Positions 36,121-45,742 of a stretch of DNA of 64,000 nucleotides are shown in pieces; the stretch's first letter is position 1; every line of letters begins with the position of its first letter. The notes beneath the pieces are model-generated. The model was not told the origin of the DNA, made no database searches, and was given only the letters and a program-made list of their open reading frames with translations. The DNA comes from an uncultured virus (IMG/VR IMGVR_UViG_3300001589_000005) (taxonomy: Duplodnaviria > Heunggongvirae > Uroviricota > Caudoviricetes). The stretch is from positions 1 through 64,000 of IMG/VR virus record IMGVR_UViG_3300001589_000005; one strand, given 5' to 3'. The position numbers and the translations under genes are program-made.

Positions 36121-38443
36121 TGGTATTAGAAAGTTTGTTAAGAAAGGAAACTATTATACTTATGGGTATGATGGTCAATCTGCTTCTGTCTTTATGAAAG
36201 ACGGTAGATGGTCAGCAACTGTAGATCATTTTGCTACCACACAATTATTCTATTCAGACAATTTTATATCACCATCTTTTAAAGAGATAGTTGATGCAGA
36301 AAAAGAGTTAGGAACAAAACTAACTACGGATTGGATCACAACTGGACAATTAAAATATCTTAAACGACATACAGTAGGCCCAGGCACAATCTACAATCAA
36401 ATCAAAAGAGTTGAAGAGGATTGGAAACCTTTTTTAAATCAAGATTTGATTGAGTATGATATGGAAGAGGAATATCAAAGATTTTGCTATCTGTTCGATT
36501 TACACAAAGATAAAGAAATAACAGTTGGACTAAGTGGTGGTAGAGATAGCGCTTGGTTAGTCATGTTTTTAAAACATAGAGGATTCAATCCTAATTTAAT
36601 TCATGTCACAAGCCCTAATAACTATAACGGAATAGATGATATATGCTGTGATAGGTATAGAAAAGAGGTGGGTTGGGAAATAGAAAACTTTGAGGTAGAC
36701 TTTATACATGATGTTTACGAAGAAGAGGATAAGGTATTTACAGAGTTTTGGCCTGATTTAATTTATCCTCTAAAAAGTCATTCGGTATCAAAATATGGCG
36801 GTATAAAAATGTCTGGTGAGTCTAGTGAATCAGACCATTCAAAAAAAACTCAATGGATGAGAGACATGGGTGTTATGGATGATGATATTTATATTACAAA
36901 TTATATCAAAGATATGTATAATAATCGTGTATATTATGGTAGGGGTATGGATAATTATGACCCACAAATATGGAAAGCACAAGATGAATCTATGGATTAC
37001 ATCTATGAATATTATAGAAACATATTAAAAGAATTAAAAGACCATCCTTTAAAACATAATATCTTTTGGATACCATCTTATCAATCTTCAAGATTATATC
37101 AAGAGTCGCAAGACCCCAGAAACGAATGGTTTGCCCCATTTGCAGATCGTGAATTACAAAGAATTAATATTTTCAAAAAACAATCTAGACAAACTGGTAA
37201 CACACAAAAAAAGTCTATGAAGAAAAAGAAGATGTATAATATGGGTGAAAAATATTTTGGTAAAGAATGGAATAACCTTTCGTGGGATTATGATATTGTA
37301 GGAATGGGTATTCCATTTGATCTAGAACAGATGGAAAAAAGAAAAATATATACATCTAAAAAAGAGAAAGGATTGCGAGTAAGAAATAGTGGGATGAATC
37401 CACTAGGAGTATTCATTTTGAAAGATGCTAAAACAGCACAGTATTTTGCAAATAATATTTGGATACAAAATGCTAAGTTCGATATCGTATCAGAAGATTA
37501 TGAGTTTCCCAAAAATGAAAAACTTAGAGATAAGTTGTGGAAGGAAATTAGAGAAAATAAAACATTAATGATAATACCTCTTGGTATAACAGATACAGAC
37601 ATATTCAAAAATGTAAAAAGTCCAAATGTAATGACTGTATTTAATAATTTACTAAAGTCACAGATTAGATATACTGACAAAGAACTGCCTACTCCTTTAC
37701 CACTTGTTAATTCTATGAATATAATTAATCAATCAATGAATGATACATTTCATCTAAATCTTACACCACAAAATTTAATGGTGTTAATAGAATTTGTTGG
37801 ATTAAATATTAAAGACCCAGATCATTTAAAAAATACAACATTACCAGTTTATGATGACCTTCACGGTAGTTTTGATATGTGGGAATATGATAGAAAATCT
37901 AATACGGTTAAACCTTCTTGGAAAGGTATTTTATCTTTAGGTGTAGACCCAGATATTATATATAAAGTAAAGGAAATAAATCATTTAGAAATACTTGAAG
38001 GTTGGAAACAACTCTGGCCTGATAGAAAAGATATCCCAAGTGTAAGTACTTGGACTTTAATGGAAGAATGTTTTTTATATGATGATGTAGATGTTGTAAA
38101 AGACGCTATTGACCATGATATAAATATAAAGACAACAGAAGATGTCAACTACTATGGAGTGTATGATAATGAAAGATTAATTGGTGTGAATAGTGGACAT
38201 AAAACCAGCCAAATCTCATGGCGCTCTAGGGGGCTGTGGGTTCACCCAAATTACAGAGGACGAAAAATTAGTAAGATGCTACTGAACGCTGTAGTAGATT
38301 CAGCACATACTCAATATGTATGGTCTGTTCCTAAAACAAAGTCAATGGCAGCTTATGAGAGTGTGGGGTTTATCAAAAGGAGTGACGAAATCGTGACAGA
38401 CCAAGATAACAATTATATTGTGATTTTAACAAAAAACACTTGA
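36104..38443 (+). CDS. PP-loop (asparagine synthetase-like) protein fused to C-terminal GNAT acetyltransferase
   Basis: VDHFATTQLFY, VGLSGGRDS, MSGE; C-terminal RSRGLWVHPNYRGRKISKMLL...AYESVGF. Confidence 0.72.
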   Translation: MKFLNNGIRKFVKKGNYYTYGYDGQSASVFMKDGRWSATVDHFATTQLFYSDNFISPSFKEIVDAEKELGTKLTTDWITTGQLKYLKRHTVGPGTIYNQIKRVEEDWKPFLNQDLIEYDMEEEYQRFCYLFDLHKDKEITVGLSGGRDSAWLVMFLKHRGFNPNLIHVTSPNNYNGIDDICCDRYRKEVGWEIENFEVDFIHDVYEEEDKVFTEFWPDLIYPLKSHSVSKYGGIKMSGESSESDHSKKTQWMRDMGVMDDDIYITNYIKDMYNNRVYYGRGMDNYDPQIWKAQDESMDYIYEYYRNILKELKDHPLKHNIFWIPSYQSSRLYQESQDPRNEWFAPFADRELQRINIFKKQSRQTGNTQKKSMKKKKMYNMGEKYFGKEWNNLSWDYDIVGMGIPFDLEQMEKRKIYTSKKEKGLRVRNSGMNPLGVFILKDAKTAQYFANNIWIQNAKFDIVSEDYEFPKNEKLRDKLWKEIRENKTLMIIPLGITDTDIFKNVKSPNVMTVFNNLLKSQIRYTDKELPTPLPLVNSMNIINQSMNDTFHLNLTPQNLMVLIEFVGLNIKDPDHLKNTTLPVYDDLHGSFDMWEYDRKSNTVKPSWKGILSLGVDPDIIYKVKEINHLEILEGWKQLWPDRKDIPSVSTWTLMEECFLYDDVDVVKDAIDHDINIKTTEDVNYYGVYDNERLIGVNSGHKTSQISWRSRGLWVHPNYRGRKISKMLLNAVVDSAHTQYVWSVPKTKSMAAYESVGFIKRSDEIVTDQDNNYIVILTKNT

Positions 38444-38468
38444 CATAAATGTAAAAATATGTTAAAGT
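38440..38468 (+). promoter_or_regulatory. sigma70-type promoter
   Basis: TTGACA-17 nt-TAAAGT with TG extension, upstream of ATG 38501. Confidence 0.7.
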
Positions 38469-38500
38469 GTGTATTCATTTTAACCAACGGAGTAAGAAAA

Positions 38501-38884
38501 ATGAAAAAAGTACTAACAGCAGTTGCCCTTATGGCAATGACAACTACAGCAAATGCGACAGATATCGGTATGGGTATTGATCGTGAAACCAAATATAAGA
38601 AGGGTGAGGGAACTACTGTAACCTACAACTATGCCTTTATACAACACAATTGGAAAGACCTTGGTGGAATTACCACTAAAGCGACACACTCGCAAAATGC
38701 AGAGACTAATACAACCAATTATAATGAATTGAAAATTTCAAAGGACTTTAAATTCAATGTTGCTGGTGACAGTAAAAATGCATTTAAAATCGTACCGTCT
38801 TTTCAAAGACGTTGGGATGGACAAGAAGGTATTGGTGAAAAATCAAAAGACAACTTTAAAGTTGAATTTAAATATACATTCTAA
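38501..38884 (+). CDS. small outer-membrane beta-barrel/porin-like protein
   Basis: Signal peptide MKKVLTAVALMAMTTTANA; amphipathic strands; C-terminal FKVEFKYTF beta-signal. Confidence 0.65.
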   Translation: MKKVLTAVALMAMTTTANATDIGMGIDRETKYKKGEGTTVTYNYAFIQHNWKDLGGITTKATHSQNAETNTTNYNELKISKDFKFNVAGDSKNAFKIVPSFQRRWDGQEGIGEKSKDNFKVEFKYTF

Positions 38885-38902
38885 GTGAGAAGGAAATAAA
38901 AG

Positions 38903-39967
38903 ATGAAAAAATTGATATTCGCAATTCTATTCTCTGCTATGTCGTTTACGGCATATGCAGAGACTTTTACATATATTGTTCCAGCCGGGCCAGAGGGTGG
39001 TAATGCTAAATGGGCTCAAAGAGTCGTTAAGGAGTGGAACAAATATCTTGAAATGGATGGACACAAAGTAGTTCTTAGGTACATGCCTGGCGATCCAAAG
39101 AAAACATACGCTAAGTATAATAACGAACTTTCTAAGGATGGTAAGACTATGATCCAAAGTCGTGGTATGATTAAGTATATCACTTCTGGTGATGGTTGGG
39201 GGGGATTTGACCCTAAAGCATTTGCAACAATGGTTGCACATAATCAAGGAACTTTTGTTTTCTCAAAGAAAGATATTCCAGCAATTCCAGCCATTCATAT
39301 TGGTGGTGGTTCAGAAACGATTGTCGATGCAATGTCAATTGCTATGATGTTATGTGGGCCGATGGATTTCGATAAGTTAGTCGAATGTTCTAAGTCTAAC
39401 ATGAGACAAGTTAAGGGATGGAAAGGGTCTGGTGATAGACGAAAAGCCTTCCTTAATGGTGAGATTGATGTTTCAAGAGATGGGTTCTCTCATATGAAGA
39501 AAACCTATAAAGATGGTATCAAATCTGGAAAAACTAAAGTCTGGTTTTCTCATGGGGTTTCTGTCGATGGAAAGATTGCAAAAGATCCAAATATGCCAGA
39601 AGCATGGTTCAACACTGCATACGAAAAGAAGTGGGGTGAAGCACCATCTGGTCGTTATTATGATGCATATGCACTTATTCTAAAAACAAGAAGTGGTTTA
39701 GGTAAAACTATATTTCTTTCAAAAGATAGTCCTCATATGGATGCTCTAGTTAGTTCGTTTACTATGATGTTAAATAACAAAACTAGTAAGAAACATCTAG
39801 ATAAGAAGTTGGGTAAATACCCATGGGCACTTGGTGAAGATGCAAATAATTCTAAACTTGCAATCTTTGATGCAATTGACAGTAAAGAATTGCTTAACGA
39901 TGTAAAAACTTCAAGAGAAGTTTTTGGTGAAAAGGTGAATATCAAGTGGAGTCTATTCTTCAATTAG
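38903..39967 (+). CDS. tctC: tripartite tricarboxylate transporter substrate-binding protein (TctC/Bug-like)
   Basis: Signal peptide; TYIVPAGPEGGNAKWAQ; VKGWKGSGDRRKAFLNGEIDV; adjacent to tctA. Confidence 0.8.
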   Translation: MKKLIFAILFSAMSFTAYAETFTYIVPAGPEGGNAKWAQRVVKEWNKYLEMDGHKVVLRYMPGDPKKTYAKYNNELSKDGKTMIQSRGMIKYITSGDGWGGFDPKAFATMVAHNQGTFVFSKKDIPAIPAIHIGGGSETIVDAMSIAMMLCGPMDFDKLVECSKSNMRQVKGWKGSGDRRKAFLNGEIDVSRDGFSHMKKTYKDGIKSGKTKVWFSHGVSVDGKIAKDPNMPEAWFNTAYEKKWGEAPSGRYYDAYALILKTRSGLGKTIFLSKDSPHMDALVSSFTMMLNNKTSKKHLDKKLGKYPWALGEDANNSKLAIFDAIDSKELLNDVKTSREVFGEKVNIKWSLFFN

Positions 39968-41445
39968 AAGAAGTCTATCAATGGGCCATCATAATCGCAT
40001 TAGGTTGTGTTTATGGTGGCCTTATTGGACTTGTACCTTCTGCTGGTGCTGGTAAAGCAATTCTACTACTCTTTGGAGTAGTAAGTTTTTTTGATGGGGC
40101 AGAGTATCTCTTTGTCCTTTTTTCTATGGTGACAGTTGTTGCATGTTCCATAGGTGATTCATATGCAAGTGTTCTGTTAGGTGTGCCTGGGGCAAACGGA
40201 ACGGCTGCAACAATGGTGGATGGATATCCACTTGCAAAGAAAGGTAGAGCATCTTATGCTTTATCTTCTGCACTTTTCACATCAACCATGAACGGTTTAA
40301 TCTTTGGATTTCTAGGGTTCTCATTCTTTCCACTATACATGCAAATAAATGACGCTGTAAGAACACCAGAGTTAACTGGCATTTTATTCTTGTCATTTTG
40401 TCTAGTTGCTGTAATAACAAGTAAGCACACAATAAGAAGTATAATTGCTGTATTGTTTGGTTGTTGGTTATCTCAAATAGGTTTGAATGAATGGTCAAAT
40501 GAAACATATAATCTTGGTTGGACTTATCTAAACGATGGGGTTAAACTTGTTCTTGTAGGTGTAGGATTATTTGTTATACCAGAGATGATTGAAACACTAA
40601 TTGCAAAACACGAATTTAAAAAGATAGAAATTAAAGAACACAACAAACAAACTTGGGAAGGTATTGTTGATGTTTGGAAATATAAGTGGACAGCGATGAT
40701 TGGTGGATGGGTTGGTTTTATTGGTGGTATCATGCCTGGCGGTGGTGGTGGAACTGGCGATTGGATGTCATACTCTATTACACGATCAATTCATAAAACA
40801 GAAAAATTTGGTAACGGAAATATCAAAGGTGTAATCGGTTCAGAAGGAGCAAACAACGCTGGAAAGATTGGTGCATTACTTCCCACATTATTTTTTGGTA
40901 TTCCAGGCAATAAAATGTATGCATATTTAGCTGCGCTTTGGGTATACTTAGGCTTTGATGTAGGCACTACAGACTTACTAGAGGATCAACAATTTTTTGA
41001 GACTATCTTCTGGGGATATATTCTGGGAACTATAATCTCTGGAATTGTGTTGATATGGGGTGCAAGGTATCTTTCAAAGGTTTTATATATAAACCCATAT
41101 TGGTGGATATTACCTCTGACACTACTGACCATCTACACAGCATTGTCGTACAGTGGGTGGATTACATGGGAAGAGGATTTACTCATGATGTTTATTCTGT
41201 CCATAATTGGATGGGGTATGAGAACATATAAGTTTAGTAGACCAGCATTTATTCTGTCTTTCATTATATACGATCAGTTTTTATCTGGCGTAGAAAAACT
41301 ACAAGGTATGTATTTTTATAATAATAAATATCTTAGTAACGATATTTGGTTTAATCATCCGACACTTACTATCTGTATTATTGTAGGAGTAGGTATTGTG
41401 TTATTTGGTTTACTAAATAAAAATGCAAGGATTGATTATGCATAA
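39946..41445 (+). CDS. tctA: tripartite tricarboxylate transporter permease TctA
   Basis: GLIGLVPSAG, LLGVPGANGTAATMVDGYPLAKKG, GVIGSEGANNAG, LFFGIPG; many TM segments. Confidence 0.92.
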   Translation: MESILQLEEVYQWAIIIALGCVYGGLIGLVPSAGAGKAILLLFGVVSFFDGAEYLFVLFSMVTVVACSIGDSYASVLLGVPGANGTAATMVDGYPLAKKGRASYALSSALFTSTMNGLIFGFLGFSFFPLYMQINDAVRTPELTGILFLSFCLVAVITSKHTIRSIIAVLFGCWLSQIGLNEWSNETYNLGWTYLNDGVKLVLVGVGLFVIPEMIETLIAKHEFKKIEIKEHNKQTWEGIVDVWKYKWTAMIGGWVGFIGGIMPGGGGGTGDWMSYSITRSIHKTEKFGNGNIKGVIGSEGANNAGKIGALLPTLFFGIPGNKMYAYLAALWVYLGFDVGTTDLLEDQQFFETIFWGYILGTIISGIVLIWGARYLSKVLYINPYWWILPLTLLTIYTALSYSGWITWEEDLLMMFILSIIGWGMRTYKFSRPAFILSFIIYDQFLSGVEKLQGMYFYNNKYLSNDIWFNHPTLTICIIVGVGIVLFGLLNKNARIDYA

Positions 41446-42085
41446 ATTAGATTCTTTTGACAAGGTTCTGGTAAGTCTTTCTGGTGGAATAGATTCAGCA
41501 GCTCTACTTTATATGGTAGCAAAACAATATACAATAACACATCGTACAACCGAAGTATATGCAATAACTGGATACGGTAAACCAGACACACTCGAGGCTG
41601 CTAAATTTGTCTGGGGATATGTTAAAAATAAATTTGGAAATATAAATTGGAAAACACATTTTGATTATGATAACTACTATGATAAATCTTACTATTCACA
41701 TAGGGGGAAAGCAGACCACGAACATAGAAGTATCTTTATGGAAGAACATAACATCAAAGATGTATTGCATGGAAGAGTAAAGACAACTTTAACAGAAGAA
41801 CAATTGAAACAGTGTGAAACTCAATATCCACAAGCAGTATCAAAACTTTTGTTAAATAGTCATGTTATAGAAACTAAGAAAACTTACATGCCACAGAACA
41901 GATGGGAATATACTATACATAGACCCATATCTAATTATACAAAATCTATGGTAGTAGATTATATAAAAGAACACAACGCTAACGAACTACTAACAGAAAC
42001 TATAAGTTGTTACAAACAGAAAAAAGAACCATGTAAACAATGTCCATCATGTCTTGAAAAGATGGATTTATTAGGACATTACTAA
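41438..42085 (+). CDS. queC: QueC-like N-type ATP pyrophosphatase
   Basis: VSLSGGIDS PP-loop; RPI...TK; TISCY...PCKQCPSCLEK zinc site. Confidence 0.6.
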   Translation: MHKLDSFDKVLVSLSGGIDSAALLYMVAKQYTITHRTTEVYAITGYGKPDTLEAAKFVWGYVKNKFGNINWKTHFDYDNYYDKSYYSHRGKADHEHRSIFMEEHNIKDVLHGRVKTTLTEEQLKQCETQYPQAVSKLLLNSHVIETKKTYMPQNRWEYTIHRPISNYTKSMVVDYIKEHNANELLTETISCYKQKKEPCKQCPSCLEKMDLLGHY

Positions 42086-42831
42086 TGTTAAAAATACCAC
42101 CACCAGCAGTTGAGGGAACTGGATATGTTCCAGACTTTCTAGAACCAGAGGAACACAAATATCTATTAGATATTTACAATAATATGGAATGGGGTAAGAT
42201 ACATTCTTTTAAGTTATCTTCTAAACGACTAGATATGGATGTAGTCAAAAAACATACTGGTATCGAAGAAAGACTTAGAAAACATTTTAAGAACTTTGAA
42301 ATTGTTGCAGTAAATATGTATCAAGCAAATAAACAACACAATCTTCATGTTGATTTAGGTAAGTTTTCTAAAGATCATGATCCTATGAAATGTGGATACG
42401 ATTTTGTTATCCCTTTGTTGATTGAAGGAAATGGAACACAAGAGGAGTTACTTAGTGACCAAGTGATGATAACTTTTAATCAATATTATCCATATGGCCC
42501 ATTTAAGTTTGTGCCTGGCAGTTGGGATGAAAAAACAAAAACAGTTCGTCCAGAGTTATCTAAATCATTTTCTAATATACCTTTCTCTTTAGAGAGAGTA
42601 AAAAAAGAAGTATGGAATTGGGCAGAGGGAGTATGGCCTGATGAAGTTTGGCCAAAATACATGGACATGTATCCTAGAGAAATGTTAGAGGGATTTACAG
42701 TAGAAAATATCATCCCTTGGAGAATAGGTCATTGTATCGCATTACAAAGAACACAGATACATTCTGCAAGTAGATTCAGAAAAAAGGTAACAAAAAAGGT
42801 TGGATTACAAATACTGTGCTATCATGTGTAA
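42085..42831 (+). CDS. 2OG-Fe(II) oxygenase-like hypothetical protein
   Basis: LHVD (HxD), FVIPL, W..G..IAL.RTQIHSAS. Confidence 0.55.
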   Translation: MLKIPPPAVEGTGYVPDFLEPEEHKYLLDIYNNMEWGKIHSFKLSSKRLDMDVVKKHTGIEERLRKHFKNFEIVAVNMYQANKQHNLHVDLGKFSKDHDPMKCGYDFVIPLLIEGNGTQEELLSDQVMITFNQYYPYGPFKFVPGSWDEKTKTVRPELSKSFSNIPFSLERVKKEVWNWAEGVWPDEVWPKYMDMYPREMLEGFTVENIIPWRIGHCIALQRTQIHSASRFRKKVTKKVGLQILCYHV

Positions 42832-42836
42832 AGTAT

Positions 42837-42844
42837 TATAAATA
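42837..42844 (+). promoter_or_regulatory. T4-type late promoter
   Basis: TATAAATA at the start of the neck/head module. Confidence 0.8.
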
Positions 42845-42868
42845 AGAGTATAAGATTAGGAGATAAAG

Positions 42869-43228
42869 ATGGCAAAAAAATATTCAAGATCGCCGATATT
42901 TTTTAGATACTTGGGTGGATTAGATGGAGATGCTGATGTTACTGATGCTGAAAAAGCAACTATTACCACTTTCATGGATAGTAAATCTTCATCATATCTA
43001 AAATATGGTCTTGAGACTATATCTACTGGTGCTGAATGTTTAGTAGTTGAGTTTCGTGATGATGATGAAAAAGAAGAATTTACTACTCTAGTTTGGGATA
43101 CGACTGCTAGAAGAACTGCCACAAGGGGAACACAACCATTTAAGAAAAAAGTCTCAACAAAAGATGGGCCTGGGCATCCAGCACACAAAGAAGATACTTT
43201 AGAAGAGATCTACGATATAGAGGAATAA
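42869..43228 (+). CDS. hypothetical late protein
   Basis: AGGAG SD after late promoter; 119 aa. Confidence 0.75.
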   Translation: MAKKYSRSPIFFRYLGGLDGDADVTDAEKATITTFMDSKSSSYLKYGLETISTGAECLVVEFRDDDEKEEFTTLVWDTTARRTATRGTQPFKKKVSTKDGPGHPAHKEDTLEEIYDIEE

Positions 43229-43230
43229 AA

Positions 43231-44043
43231 ATGGCAATACCAATAACCAAATCTACATTCAAAGAATATTGCCTACGGAATTTAGGTAAGGGTGTAATTG
43301 ATATCAATGTTAGTGATGACCAGACAGACGATAGAATAGATGAAGCGTTACAGTTTTTTGCACAATATCATTATGATGGTATTGAAAGAATGTATTTAAA
43401 ATATAAAATGACTTCCACAGATATCGCAAGATGGAAAACAAATGAAACAACAACTGCAACTGACACTGCTGATAATACAGTAACGGCCTCTTTTGAAGAG
43501 GGTAAAAATTATATTCCAATGCCATCTGCTGTTGTTTCTGTTTTAAATATTTTTCCATTTGATGATTCATCTACAAACAGTATGTTTGATATCAGATACC
43601 AAATGAGATTAAATGACCTTTTTGATTTTAGTTCTACTTCTATTATATCATATGAAATGACTATGCAACAATTAGATCACTTATCTCATATTTTAGTTGG
43701 CGAAGTTCCAGTAAGATTTAATCAACACCAGAACAGATTATATCTGGATATGGATGTTAGTGCTGTAACAGAAGATGAGTATTTAATCATTGAATGTTAT
43801 AGAAAATTAGACCCATCAACCTATACAGATATATTTGATGACATCTATCTAAAAAGATATGCAACGGCTTTGATAAAAAGGCAGTGGGGTGCAAACCTTA
43901 GTAAATTTAGTGGTGTCGCAATGTTAGGTGGTGTAACCATGAATGGGGAAACCATTTATTCACAAGCACAAGAAGAAGTTAATAAACTAGAAGAACAAAT
44001 ACAGTTGGCGTTTGAAACACCAGTTAACTACATGATAGGATAA
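43231..44043 (+). CDS. gp13: neck protein gp13
   Basis: KEYCLRNLGKGVIDINV...DEALQFF..YHYDG...KRQWGANLSKF. Confidence 0.95.
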   Translation: MAIPITKSTFKEYCLRNLGKGVIDINVSDDQTDDRIDEALQFFAQYHYDGIERMYLKYKMTSTDIARWKTNETTTATDTADNTVTASFEEGKNYIPMPSAVVSVLNIFPFDDSSTNSMFDIRYQMRLNDLFDFSSTSIISYEMTMQQLDHLSHILVGEVPVRFNQHQNRLYLDMDVSAVTEDEYLIIECYRKLDPSTYTDIFDDIYLKRYATALIKRQWGANLSKFSGVAMLGGVTMNGETIYSQAQEEVNKLEEQIQLAFETPVNYMIG

Positions 44044-44046
44044 ACT

Positions 44047-44946
44047 ATGGCTGTAAACAAAGCATTTCACACTAGTAATTTAACAAGTATTGCAAGTGAA
44101 AGAAATCTATACAAAGACTTAATAAAAGAAGCAATCCAAATACATGGACATGATGTTTATTATGTTGATAGAACTGCTGTAGCACTAGACAATGTTCTTG
44201 GTGAGGATGCTCTTGCAAAGTATAGAAATCAACAACCCATAGAAATGTATGTTGAAGATGCCGAAAGTGGATACGCTGGTGATAAAGAATTAATGACACA
44301 GTTCGGTTTAGACAACAGAAATGAAATTACATTTGTTGTCCATAAAGAAAGATTTCAAGAATTAACAAAACAGTTTACAATAGAAGATGGTACAGACACC
44401 ACTGGTGGTTCAATACAAATGGAAGATGCAACCACAACTATTACAGAGGGAACTGTTTTTGAGACATTTGGAACAGATATATTTTATCTTCTAAATGAAA
44501 CTGATGCTACGGATGCAGATAGACCTTTAGAAGGCGATTTGGTTTACCATCCAGTATTGGGAAAAATGTTTGAGATTGGTTTTGTTGACCATGATGCTCC
44601 ATTTCATCAATTAGATAACAATCCAATTTACAAACTAAGATGTAGACAGTATGAATATGATATGTCAAGACTAGATACTGGTATTGCTGAAATTGATTCT
44701 ATTGAAGATTCAAACAGTACAGATGCTCTAGTATATCAATTTACACTTGAAAACGAAGTTGGTTCTCTACAATTAGAGAATGATGCTGATACTGGACTCG
44801 CTGGTTACTTAATTTCAGAGGAATATATAATAGGTGACATGGATACCGACAAGTCGGCACAAAATGAATTTATAACACAACAAATAACCAATGAGAATAT
44901 TCTTGATTTTAGTGAGAAAAACCCATTTGGTGATGCAGGAGCTTAG
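44047..44946 (+). CDS. gp14: neck protein gp14
   Basis: EAIQIHGHDVYY...RPLEGDLVYHP...DFSEKNPFG. Confidence 0.93.
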   Translation: MAVNKAFHTSNLTSIASERNLYKDLIKEAIQIHGHDVYYVDRTAVALDNVLGEDALAKYRNQQPIEMYVEDAESGYAGDKELMTQFGLDNRNEITFVVHKERFQELTKQFTIEDGTDTTGGSIQMEDATTTITEGTVFETFGTDIFYLLNETDATDADRPLEGDLVYHPVLGKMFEIGFVDHDAPFHQLDNNPIYKLRCRQYEYDMSRLDTGIAEIDSIEDSNSTDALVYQFTLENEVGSLQLENDADTGLAGYLISEEYIIGDMDTDKSAQNEFITQQITNENILDFSEKNPFGDAGA

Positions 44947-44948
44947 AT

Positions 44949-45740
44949 ATGTTAGGACAACAATTTTACCACGAAAGTATGAGAAAAGTGGTTGTCGCTT
45001 TTGGTTCATTATTTAATAATATTAATATTGTTAGAAAAGATAATGCTGGAAAAGTGAATCAATCAATGAAGGTGCCATTGGCATATGGCCCCAAACAAAA
45101 GTTTTTAGCAAGACTAAATCAAGATCCAAGTTTAGCAGCTAAAGTTGCAATAACTCTACCTAGAATTGGTTTTGAAATTACTGGAATGACTTATGATCCA
45201 GCAAGAAAATTAAATCGTGTACAGAAATTTAAAAAGGTAAAGGATGGCGGTAGTGATGCTAAGTCAAATAGAATGGATACACAATATATGCCTGTTCCTT
45301 ACAATTTAAGTTTCACACTATATATTATGGCAAAACAATCAGATGATGCATTGCAAATTGTTGAACAAATTTTACCATACTTTCAACCAGATTATTCACT
45401 AACAATTAATGATATGGTTGACATGGGAATCAAAAGAGATGTACCAATTGTTTTAAACAGCATTAGTTACGAAGATAATTATCAAGGAGATTTTGCAGAA
45501 CGAAGAGCAGTAATCTACAACCTTGACTTTACTTGTAAGTTTTACTTATATGGCCCAGTTACTTCACAGGCAGTTATTAAAACTGCAACAGTAGATCAAT
45601 ATACTGATATGCCAGTTAACACACCAACTAGACAACAGAAATATAGTGTCACCCCATCACCAGCAACTGCGAGTGCAGATGATGATGATTTTGGGTTTAA
45701 TGAAACATCCTCATTCTTTGAGGACGCTGGAACTAGTTAA
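44949..45740 (+). CDS. gp15: tail sheath stabilizer/completion protein gp15
   Basis: FYHESMRKVVVAFGSLFN...VPLAYGPKQKF...QIVEQILPYFQP. Confidence 0.95.
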   Translation: MLGQQFYHESMRKVVVAFGSLFNNINIVRKDNAGKVNQSMKVPLAYGPKQKFLARLNQDPSLAAKVAITLPRIGFEITGMTYDPARKLNRVQKFKKVKDGGSDAKSNRMDTQYMPVPYNLSFTLYIMAKQSDDALQIVEQILPYFQPDYSLTINDMVDMGIKRDVPIVLNSISYEDNYQGDFAERRAVIYNLDFTCKFYLYGPVTSQAVIKTATVDQYTDMPVNTPTRQQKYSVTPSPATASADDDDFGFNETSSFFEDAGTS

Positions 45741-45742
45741 TT

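Noticed and set aside
38501..41445. Host chromosomal contamination or a prophage boundary at the transporter genes
   Set aside because: Same strand, AT content, promoter style and motif avoidance as the flanking phage genes; no integrase or att site seen
41438..42085. Complete 7-deazaguanine DNA-modification system
   Set aside because: Only a QueC-like gene is visible; folE, queD, queE and dpdA are not seen in the window
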